64,000 nt of DNA from Solirubrobacteraceae bacterium (GTDB lineage Bacteria; Actinomycetota; Thermoleophilia; Solirubrobacterales; Solirubrobacteraceae). Below, in pieces: positions 12,693 to 20,960 of this stretch. Below the pieces are notes generated by a model, which ran no database searches, had not been told where the DNA came from, and saw only the letters and a program-made list of their open reading frames with translations. The translations under genes were made by a program, and so were the position numbers. Each line of letters opens with the position of its first letter. Positions within the stretch are counted from its first letter, which is position 1. Where the stretch lies: NCBI GenBank assembly GCA_036279855.1, contig DASUIH010000049.1, forward strand, positions 11,517 through 75,516. Direction: 5' to 3'.

Positions 12693-12889
12693 TGCTCGGC
12701 GAGCCAGTCCTCAAGCATCGCTTGCGTGAAGCGGATGTGACGGCCGACGCGCAAGCACGGAAGTCGTCCCGAACGGACGGCGTCGTAGATCCAGCTGGTC
12801 TTGACTGAGAGCAGCTGCGCGGCTTGCTCTGGTCGTAGCAGGGGGTCGGTGAGTTTGGGTCGGAGCGGGTCGTCTGTGGCTGGGTTCAC
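12689..12889 (-). CDS. Excisionase-family (HTH_17/AlpA-like) DNA-binding protein
   Basis: LLRPEQAAQLLSVKTSWIYDAVRSGRLPCLRVGRHIRF. Confidence 0.85.
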   Translation of the reverse strand: MNPATDDPLRPKLTDPLLRPEQAAQLLSVKTSWIYDAVRSGRLPCLRVGRHIRFTQAMLEDWLAEQ

Positions 12890-14456
12890 GGGTTGGCCTC
12901 CTGGGGGTGGAGCATGGTCGTGATCGTGGGTGGTTGCGCGCGGCCCGGTGTGATGAGAAGTGCTTGTCCGGTCACGAGTTGCTGGATGTTGCTGGGGTGG
13001 ATGCGGTAGTCGTAGTCGCGGCGGCGGTTGCCGCGGTCGGTAGCTCCGTAGCGCCCGAGTTGGTGGTCGGTCTGCTGGCTTGTCACCCAGACGGGTTGGT
13101 GGCTCGCGACCTTCGCGATCGTCTCGGCCGAGCTGGGCACGTTCTGGCGGTGAGCGATGACTGCTTGAACGTTGCCGAGGACCTGGTCGCGCAGGCTCGC
13201 GTCCGCCGCCTGCAGGTCGGCAAGCTCCTGCGTTGCCAGCAGCAGGCTGATCCCGGCCGAGCGGGCGCGCCCGAACAGTCGCGCGACGTGTCGCGCGGCG
13301 AGTGCGGAGAACTCGTCGATCAACACGACGGTCGGCGTCGGGTCGGCCTGCAGATGCGCGGCGAGCGTGACGAGGTCGCTGACCAGGGCAGCGGCGACCA
13401 TCTGCGCGAGCAGCGGTCGACGGTCGGCGTCGAGCGCGAAGTAGACGACCGCTCGCGAGCGGACCGCTTCGCGCAGGTCGATGCTCGGTGCCTGCGTTGG
13501 ATCGAACCAGCGACGGACGTCTGACTCCGCGAGGATCGATAGACGGTCGCGCACGCCGGCGAGGTCGCGGCGCTGGCGGTCGGTCAACGAGTCGAGGTAG
13601 TCGTTGATTGGCTCTGCGTGTTGCTCGTCCAGTGAGCGGGCGGTCACTTCGAGCTGATCGGGTCGCAGGTGCTTCATCAGCGCGGGCACGGTGACTGTGA
13701 CGTCGGCGGCGTGCATCGCCCTGACGGCATGACCGAGATAGCGTTGCGCCAATCGCAGGTAGTGCGGCTCAGTGAACACCTCGCCGGCGAGCGCCTTGTC
13801 GGCGATCTCGCTGTCGCTGCCGCTGGCGTAGGGGTTGTATGCGCAGGGACCGTTGGGAGTCCATTGCAGGAACTCGCGGTTGGCGGCGCCCGCCGCTCGC
13901 TGCAGCTCGCCGCGAAGCATCCTGTCGCCTTCGGGTCGATCGCGATCGCGCCGTGACCGGCTTCGATCATCCGCCCAGCGATCCAGGCCTCGCTGACGGT
14001 CTTGCCGGCGCCGGTTGCGCCCAGGACGAGCGCGTGCGACCCCGACGTCGTCTCGAACGGGATCGTGACCGGCAAACCTCGACTGTCGTGTCCAACGATC
14101 AACGAGCGATGGAGCAGCCATCCGTCGCGTCTGATGCGACGGTCCAGCCGACCGCGTTGGATCGCGTCTGTGATGCGCAGTCGGGCTTCTGCGGCTTGCG
14201 CCAGATCGCGGCCGGCGACCAGGTCGGCGGAGTGCCAGCGTGCGCCTAAAAGTGTCGCCCGAACGCTGACCCCTATGACTGTCGCCGCAAGCGAGATCGA
14301 GATCGGTCGAGCGAGGAGCGCCAACGGCAGGATCAAGAGGCTCCAGGTCCACATCAGCGAGCGGCGGCGTTGCCAGCGCGCGACGGTCAGTCCGCCCAGC
14401 AGGGTTAGCGCGACGAACAAAGCCAGCCCCTCTATGAAGTGTTCAGGCGAGTGCAT
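12886..14456 (-). pseudogene. Type IV coupling protein (TraD/VirD4-like), frameshifted
   Basis: N-terminal TMs and Walker A GATGAGKT in ORF 13677..14456; Walker B VLIDEF and GRARSAGISLLLATQ in ORF 12886..14352; frame change at IDPK/GD (AAGGCGAC lacks one G, about 13928-13929). Confidence 0.85.
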
Positions 14457-15144
14457 TGGGGGCCAGGTTCGAGAGGCTTTTGATGACCGAAGCGCTGTCG
14501 TTGAGATTGGCCACGGTGATGCGATCGGTGGCGTGGGTCGCGCGGATGGCGCGTTCGACGGCGCGTGCGGGTGCTGGCTCAGCCAGGTAGTAGATATGTG
14601 CGAGATGGCGGGCGCGGGCCCAGCCGCGACAGATCGCGACCAAACGGGCGGCTGACTTAACAGACAGCTCGATCTCGATCGCTACTACGCGCCCGTCTGG
14701 GGCCACCAGCGCCAGGTCGGGACGGTGCATCGCGGGCCGATCAGCGATCGCGCCGACCTTTGCCGAGGCGACGAGCTCTCCGCTGTCGAGCTCCTGCGCT
14801 CTGATCTCGCGCTCGCTCAGAAGTTGCCAGTCGGCCAGTCCGCCCTCAAGCGTCACCGCGGACGCAGCGGTCTGCTAGGCGTGCTCGAATCCACCTGGCG
14901 ATAGCGAGCAGCGCCCGAGGCGTTGGTTTCCTTGCCAGTGAAGGCCCGCGGCGGTGGCGAGATACATTCCGGGCCGTGCGTAGAGGATCGCGTGGCGATC
15001 GAGCAGGCCATCGCGGACGAGTGAGCCGAGGCGGTCATAGGCCACGGTGCGGCTCATCGCAAAGCTGTGCATCACATGCTCGGCGCCGGCGGCGCCCAGG
15101 CGCCCGATCCAGTCGACGATCTGTCCGTCCCTGTAGGTCTGCAC
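14443..15144 (-). pseudogene. Replication-relaxation (Replic_Relax-like) protein with in-frame TAG
   Basis: N-terminal wHTH ORF 14875..15144 and PD-(D/E)xK-type half (HRPDL..VAIEIELSVKS) are in one frame, separated by TAG at 14875-14877; family assignment is by pattern only. Confidence 0.65.
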
Positions 15145-15458
15145 AACAGCCTCCGATCTCGCAAGAAGATTCCGTTCGAAGGCTTAATCCGTCGAAATCA
15201 CGCAAACGGGACACGACACGAGAAAAAACGACGTTCCGCAGCTTTAGCGGAGAACCGGAGTAGCGCCACGCACGCCTAGATCACTGTCCCCAGGTGCGGC
15301 AGTTTCAGTCCCGTTGTGAGGAACTCGGAGCGCGAGGACGTTGGGATCGAGGCGGCGCTCATGTAGAGCAGCTGTCACAAACCCAAGGGCATGAGGTGTT
15401 GCGGCGATCGCGCCCTATGCCAACCACGCCACATCTTGCCGTCCAGGTGGGACTGGAA

Positions 15459-15636
15459 GGTTTTCGACCGTCGTGGCCCGAACCACAAAAGCTTCATCCT
15501 TAAACAGCAACACATGCGGGCCGCGACGGTCGAAAACCGATCCAGGCCGTTAGGCCTGGCGGTTTTACTCCGCTCCAGCGGATTCGATCACCGGGACGTA
15601 GTCCCGGCCCCAATCCACCCTATGCAGACGCTCTGC
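15459..15636. repeat. Cluster of five inverted repeats in the element's intergenic region
   Basis: 22-bp IR 15459-15480/15517-15538 (1 mismatch); hairpins 15542-15559, 15569-15582, 15591-15607, 15624-15636. Confidence 0.8.
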
Positions 15637-15776
15637 GTCCCGTTACATGTGCGGTCGTCGGAATAGGGATCATGGCCCAATCTCCTCCGGTGATGCCGCC
15701 GTTGGCGGTGCAAGCCGCTCTTGCGACATTTGCTCGTATCACGGCTGAACGCCAGCCAGGCGTAGTGCTTGTGCCG

Positions 15777-17210
15777 CTAGGAAGCGTAGGCACGGACGGG
15801 GCCGTTGTCTCTGCCTCGACGGGGCAAGTCGTCCGGCCCTTCGCCTCGCCAGAGGATCGTGACGCGATCCGTGATCGAGCTCTGGCCGTCGTCGCGTCTC
15901 ACGATCACGGCGTCGATCGAGCTGCCGATGATGCGCTTGCGGTCCTCGATCGGCAGCTCGTCGTAGCGAGCGATCGCGTCTGTGTCTAGCGCAGGTCCGC
16001 TGACTTGTTGCAGTTGTGCCTGCGCACGATTGACGGCGGTCGCGCGCGCCTCAAGCGCGGCGTGGTAGCCGCTTGCCAACAGCCGCCGGGCGGTGAGGTC
16101 TGAAGCAAACGCCCTCAGCTCATCTTCAGCTGCTTCGAGTTCGGCCGTAGCTGCCTTGAGCGCCTGCGAATCTTGCTTTATTGATAGCGCCTGCTCTGCC
16201 ATCTGCTCGCGCCAAACAGTCTCCACGTAACGCTCCACAGCTTCCCTTGAGATGCTCGCCGGCGCTGGACAGGAGCCGGCACTATGGACCTCACGACAGC
16301 GATAGACCCGCGTCGGGTTTGGTCTTCCCCCGCCATAGACCTGCGGCGCCAATACGTATCTGCAGGCGGCACAGCGGACGATGCCGCCGAGCAGGTTCGG
16401 ACGCTTCCCTCTATGAGACGAGCGCACGGGGGCGAGATTCGCAGCTTGCCACTCGGCAAAGGTCACGATCGCCTCGTGAGCATCCGGGTTGACGGTCTCG
16501 CCGCGATATGCCTCACCGAGGTAGACACGATTTTTGAGGATGCGCTCGACGCTTGAGGTAATCCAGCGACCCCCATTTGGGCGCTGAGCGATCTCGTCTA
16601 GCCTGCGCGCGATGTCCGTGCGTGTCTTATGGGCTCCCCGCATGAGAAAAATCTCGCGTACGGCCGGCGCGTCGGCATTGGGCACGAGGCGTTTGTCGGG
16701 AGCTCTGTCATAGCCAAAGGGCGTGAACTTGGTGATGTGAACGCCGCGGGCGATCGCGTTGTGTGTAGCCGTCCCCCAGTTCTCGGCGATGCGGTCGCGC
16801 TCAAGCTCCGCAAACACGAGCAGGATGCGGAGAAATGCCTTGCCCATCGGTGTCGAGAGGTCCAGGTTCTCGGCGACGCTCACAAGCACTGCGCCGTGGC
16901 GCCCGAACTCTTCAAGAGTGCTCAGCGCCCCGACTAGCGTCCGAGCGAAACGGTCTAGCTTGGCGACGATCACACCATCGCTCTGTCCGCTTCTGATTCG
17001 GCCCACGATCTGATCGAAGATCGGGCGGCTCATGCTGCCGCCGGAGACGTCGAGCTCCGGTGCGTGCCAAGTCAGCGAATGCCCATGAGCTTTCGCCCAT
17101 CGCTCGATCTGCTCGCGCTGGACCTCGGGCGAGATGAAGCTCGGTCCGCCACGCCCGCGCACCTGCGAGACGCGGACATAGGCATCGAGCCTCAGTCCGT
17201 TCGAAGTCAT
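15777..17210 (-). CDS. Large serine recombinase (integrase)
   Basis: YVRVS catalytic motif, SGGSMSRP, LDRFAR, recombinase domain (W..SSVERILKNRVYLG), Zn ribbon CAAC..C..C; ATG 17210 is 23 bp inside the right junction. Confidence 0.95.
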   Translation of the reverse strand: MTSNGLRLDAYVRVSQVRGRGGPSFISPEVQREQIERWAKAHGHSLTWHAPELDVSGGSMSRPIFDQIVGRIRSGQSDGVIVAKLDRFARTLVGALSTLEEFGRHGAVLVSVAENLDLSTPMGKAFLRILLVFAELERDRIAENWGTATHNAIARGVHITKFTPFGYDRAPDKRLVPNADAPAVREIFLMRGAHKTRTDIARRLDEIAQRPNGGRWITSSVERILKNRVYLGEAYRGETVNPDAHEAIVTFAEWQAANLAPVRSSHRGKRPNLLGGIVRCAACRYVLAPQVYGGGRPNPTRVYRCREVHSAGSCPAPASISREAVERYVETVWREQMAEQALSIKQDSQALKAATAELEAAEDELRAFASDLTARRLLASGYHAALEARATAVNRAQAQLQQVSGPALDTDAIARYDELPIEDRKRIIGSSIDAVIVRRDDGQSSITDRVTILWRGEGPDDLPRRGRDNGPVRAYAS

Positions 17211-17216
17211 GGGTTT

Positions 17217-17252
17217 GCAATTTAGCATTGTTATTCGACGAGGGATGGAGGC
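17217..17252. other. attR junction of the serine-recombinase element (core TT at 17234-17235)
   Basis: ..TTTAGCATTGTTA|TT C GAC GAG GGA TGG resumes the virB4 frame (FDEGW). Confidence 0.8.
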
Positions 17253-17620
17253 TTCTAGGCGATCCGGTCGGTCGCTCGCTGTTGGCCTCGCTGCAGCGAA
17301 TGGGCCGATCTGAGCTGGCCGTGCCGATCGTCTGCACGCAGCTGGTCACCGACGCGCTGCTCGGCGAGCGCGAGTCGCTTGAGAACCTGCTGGGGGCGAC
17401 ATTCGTGTTCGGCATGCGCTCGGAGGCCGAGGCGGCACGTGCCCTGTCGTTGCTTGGGCTCGACCCTGACGATCGGCATGCGCGCGAGCGCCTGCTGGAA
17501 ATGGACTCGGGGCGCTGTCTGTTCCGAGACCACAGCGGACGCGTCGAGGCGATCCAGGTTGAGCTTGTCGCGCCGGCGCTGTTGCGGGCGTTCTCGACGA
17601 TGCCGGCACCGGCGGCATGA
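17236..17620 (+). pseudogene. VirB4/TcpF-like ATPase, 3' segment
   Basis: FDEGWRLL..LQRMGRSELAVPIVCTQ..SGRCLFRDHSGRV, the C-terminal motifs absent from the 5' segment; its TGA overlaps the next ATG. Confidence 0.9.
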
Positions 17621-19839
17621 GCCGAACGCCTACGACGGCGAGGGTCGCGGTTCTTGGCATGCTGCTGCTCGCGGGGAGCGGGAGCGTGCCCGGGTCGGCC
17701 TACGCGGTCGCCGCGCGCTCTTCACCCCGCCATCGGGCTCCCACTCGTGCCCCGTCCGGGCCACCGCTCGTCGGCACCGGTGCGGCGGCGGGCGAAGAAA
17801 CCGAGCAGACCGTCGGCATCGAATCCGTCGCCGGCGACCAGTTGGTTGAAAATGGCCTGTCCAGCCCGCTCTGCAAAGGCGCGGTGGCCGCGTCCCTGTC
17901 GAGCGCCTCGCGCTCGGATTGCGCAAGCTCAGGGTTCGTCGGCGCGGCTGCGCCGTCCAACAACTACGCGCTTGACGTTCACATCGACACGGGCGCGTTC
18001 GGTCTGAGCAAGGGGGGCCTGCTCTCGGTCGTGCAGGACATTTTCATAGCTCCGGCGTGGGGAGCGCTTGAGTGGCTGGCGCACGCACTCGTGGTGATGC
18101 TCGAATGGTGCTACACGCTGGAACTGCTGGGCGGCGCCGGCACGAGCACCGTGGCGCATGCGCTGCTACAGGCACGGGCGGGCTTTACCGAACCGTGGCT
18201 GGCCCTGGTGTTGGCGCTCGCTTCATTGCTCGCCCTCTACCACGGCCTGGTGCAGCGCCGCGTGGCCGACACGCTCGGCGGCGCGCTGACGATGCTGGCG
18301 ATGATGGCGGGCGGCCTGTGGGTGATCGCCGACCCGGGCGGCACTGTCGGCGCGGTCGGTGGCTGGGCCAACCAGGCAAGCCTTGGCACGCTCGCCGCGA
18401 GTGCCAGCGGATCGCCGGGCGGCGGGGCGGCAACGCTCGCCGACGGCATGCGCGCGCTGTACACGGCCGCGATCGAAACACCCTGGTGCTACCTGGAGTT
18501 CGGCAACGTGCGTTGGTGCAGCGACCCCTCGCGGCTAGATCCGCGGCTGCGCGCGGTTGCGTTGGCCCTGGCAGCCGGCGGCAAACAGGACGTCGCAGTG
18601 CCGGCGCAAGCCGCCGAGCTGGCGCGTGTCGCGAGCACCAATGGCGCGCTGTTCCTGGCTTTTCCCGCCAATGGCCCACAGCGCAACTCGATCAATCAGC
18701 GCAGCTCGTTGTTGCGCGCCATCTGTCGCAGCCAAGAAGCCACCAAATGCACGGGCTCCGCGGCGCCCGAGGCCGAGTTTCGGACCGACGGCGGCACCTT
18801 CCCGCGCCTGCTCGGGCTGCTTGCGATCGCCGTCGGCGTGCTTGGCATGGCGCTGCTGTTCGGCCTGCTTGCACTGCACCTGCTGGCGGCGGCCTTCGTC
18901 GGCCTGTTCCTGTTGCTGCTGGCGCCGCTGGCGGTGCTGGCGCCGGCCTTTGGCGATGGTGGCCGGGCGTTGTTCACGGCCTGGTTGACGCGGCTGCTGG
19001 CAGCCTTCAGCTCCAAGCTGCTGTTCTCGTTCGTGCTGGGTGCGTCGCTGACGATGCAGCGGGCGCTGGCTGCGCTGGACACGCTCGGCTGGTGGACACA
19101 GTGGCTGCTCACCTGTGGCTTTTGGTGGACGCTGTTCGTCAAGCGCCACGAGCTGGCGGCGATGGCGCGGAGCGCCGGACGGCAAGGCGGGTCGTCGCGT
19201 TCTGCCGGACAACGCGACGGCAGCACGCACGTGTCTCCGGCTGGTATCGGCGCCGGCGGCCGACCGGGCGGTGGTGGCGGTGTCCGCCCGCTGCCGTTGC
19301 TGCGCCGAGCAGAGAACGCATTGCAGACATACGGCGTGGTGCGTCACCCAGCCAGGTGGGCCGAGGCTCAGATCGGCGCGCGGATCGCCCAGCGCCAGCC
19401 GCGAGAGGAGCGCCCGGCGCCCGGCCGGCAAAAGCAGCAGCAGCCGGCGGTTGCTGGGCGCCGTTTGCGCGAGCGCGCGTCACATCTGCTGCATGCTCGC
19501 GATCGCCGCTTGTCGCAAAGCGCCCGGCCGGCGGAGCCTACTGAGCCCTGGGTCGATCGGACCCGGGCGGCTGGCGCTGCTCACCGATCTTTGCAACAGC
19601 CGCGGCAGCAGTCACAGCCCTCCGAGCAGCCGCAGCAACAACTGTTGCCGTCGTCGGTCTCGGATCGGCGTGGTGGCGTAGCGGCGCCGGCTAGTAGCGC
19701 ACCGCTCTCTCCACCTCGCCGCGAGCAGCTCAAGCCTCCTGCGCCTGCCCTCCGCGAAGAGCGCTCACCGGTGATGGAAGACGCGTTTGCTGTGGCACGC
19801 GGGCGCAAGCGCCAGCTCGGCTACGACTCCGAGCAGTGA
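17617..19839 (+). CDS. Polytopic conjugation membrane protein (VirB6/TcpH-like)
   Basis: Signal-like N-terminus, several TM clusters, low-complexity Arg/Gln/Pro tail; ATGA coupling to virB4. Confidence 0.7.
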   Translation: MSRTPTTARVAVLGMLLLAGSGSVPGSAYAVAARSSPRHRAPTRAPSGPPLVGTGAAAGEETEQTVGIESVAGDQLVENGLSSPLCKGAVAASLSSASRSDCASSGFVGAAAPSNNYALDVHIDTGAFGLSKGGLLSVVQDIFIAPAWGALEWLAHALVVMLEWCYTLELLGGAGTSTVAHALLQARAGFTEPWLALVLALASLLALYHGLVQRRVADTLGGALTMLAMMAGGLWVIADPGGTVGAVGGWANQASLGTLAASASGSPGGGAATLADGMRALYTAAIETPWCYLEFGNVRWCSDPSRLDPRLRAVALALAAGGKQDVAVPAQAAELARVASTNGALFLAFPANGPQRNSINQRSSLLRAICRSQEATKCTGSAAPEAEFRTDGGTFPRLLGLLAIAVGVLGMALLFGLLALHLLAAAFVGLFLLLLAPLAVLAPAFGDGGRALFTAWLTRLLAAFSSKLLFSFVLGASLTMQRALAALDTLGWWTQWLLTCGFWWTLFVKRHELAAMARSAGRQGGSSRSAGQRDGSTHVSPAGIGAGGRPGGGGGVRPLPLLRRAENALQTYGVVRHPARWAEAQIGARIAQRQPREERPAPGRQKQQQPAVAGRRLRERASHLLHARDRRLSQSARPAEPTEPWVDRTRAAGAAHRSLQQPRQQSQPSEQPQQQLLPSSVSDRRGGVAAPASSAPLSPPRREQLKPPAPALREERSPVMEDAFAVARGRKRQLGYDSEQ

Positions 19840-20951
19840 GGGCCGGCGCGATCCCGGTTCGAGCAGGCACCAAAGCGGTCGTGGCTGCCGTCTTTGTCGT
19901 GACGGCCTTTTGCGTTGCCCTGCTGATGCTTGTCGCCGCCCTGGCGGGTGCCGGCACAGCTTCGACCGTTCAGGCCGGCGGCCTTGGCGTCTCCGCGCGA
20001 GCGCGCGCCGACATTCCGCCGCGCTATCTGGCGCTTTATCGCAGTGCCGCAGCGCGCTATGGCCTGGATTGGGCGATCCTTGCTGGGATCGGCAAGGTCG
20101 AGTGCGATCACGGCCGCGACCCCGATCCGTCGTGTACGCGTGAGGGAGCGGTCAACTCGGCCGGCGCTGGTGGCCCAATGCAGTTCCTGGCGGCGACATT
20201 CAGCGAGTACGGAGTCGCCCCGCAAGGGGGCAGGCCGGATCGTTGGGATGCCGCGGACGCGATCTACTCGGCGGCCAACTACCTGCGAGCAGCCGGCGCG
20301 CCTGGTGACTACCACCGGGCGATCTTCGCCTATAACCACGCTGACTGGTACGTAGCCGAGGTCGAGCGTTGGGCCACGCTTTACCGTGGCCCGGCACTGG
20401 CGGTGGAGACGCTGGCCGGCGAAGCCGAAAACGGGGTGGAGCAATGGCCCGGCGTCGGGCCGGTCCGCTACGTCGCCGGCGTCCGAGCACGCCTTGCGCC
20501 GGGCGACGGCCACGTGGCACTGGTCCCGTCGGCTGCGCCGGCAGCCGTCCAGGCGATGGTGATCGCCGGCAACGAGCTGCAGACGCTGCCATACGGGCCG
20601 ACGGGCCATCCCGACCCGCGTGGCGCCGACAGCGAGGACTGCTCAAGCACCGTCAACTACGTGCTCTATCGCTCAGGAGTGCGTCCGATCGATGAAATCG
20701 TGCGCGAGAACCCGCTGGCACAGGACTACGTCGACTGGGGTGAGCCAGGGCCCGGGCGCTGGGTGACGATCTACGCCACGACCGCGCCCACCGACCACGT
20801 CTTCATCGTGATCGCCGGGCTGCGCCTGGACACCTCGCACGATGGCACCGACGTGGGTCCCAACCGCGATCAGGACGGGCCACGCTGGCGCGTCCTCGAC
20901 CGCATCCCGACCTGGGCGCACTGGTCGGCCCGCCACCCGCCCGGGTTGTAA
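19836..20951 (+). CDS. Bifunctional cell-wall hydrolase (lytic transglycosylase plus NlpC/P60-like domain), VirB1-like
   Basis: YGLDWAILAGIGKVE, GPMQF, AANYL, AIFAYNH; C-terminal DCSS...HV. Confidence 0.85.
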   Translation: MRAGAIPVRAGTKAVVAAVFVVTAFCVALLMLVAALAGAGTASTVQAGGLGVSARARADIPPRYLALYRSAAARYGLDWAILAGIGKVECDHGRDPDPSCTREGAVNSAGAGGPMQFLAATFSEYGVAPQGGRPDRWDAADAIYSAANYLRAAGAPGDYHRAIFAYNHADWYVAEVERWATLYRGPALAVETLAGEAENGVEQWPGVGPVRYVAGVRARLAPGDGHVALVPSAAPAAVQAMVIAGNELQTLPYGPTGHPDPRGADSEDCSSTVNYVLYRSGVRPIDEIVRENPLAQDYVDWGEPGPGRWVTIYATTAPTDHVFIVIAGLRLDTSHDGTDVGPNRDQDGPRWRVLDRIPTWAHWSARHPPGL

Positions 20952-20960
20952 GGTGGCGTT

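Larger units (their letters stand above)
11754..17235 (-). mobile_element. 5,482-bp integrative (mobilizable-type) element inserted into virB4
   Basis: Large serine recombinase at one end, 2-bp TT core at both junctions, flanks rejoin in frame, all cargo on the minus strand (Replic_Relax-like, coupling protein, HTH, toxin, antitoxin). Confidence 0.9.

Noticed and set aside
13921-13940. Programmed -1 frameshift in the coupling protein
   Set aside because: No X XXY YYZ slippery heptamer at the shift; a simple 1-nt deletion or sequencing error is more parsimonious.
14875-14877. TAG recoding (pyrrolysine or readthrough)
   Set aside because: No recoding machinery in the window and TAG serves as a normal stop in many genes here; nonsense mutation is more likely.
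15560-15610. tRNA-like element (minus strand GGTGATCGAATCC resembles a T-loop)
   Set aside because: No cloverleaf, acceptor stem or D-arm could be built.
11765-17226. TTTAGC near both element ends as a target-site duplication
   Set aside because: Both copies lie inside the element; in-frame rejoining of virB4 requires only the TT core, as expected for a serine recombinase.
17211-17260. Recombinase promoter created only on circularisation
   Set aside because: A TAAATT -10 candidate lies wholly inside the element, and neither attP nor attR supplies a recognisable -35.
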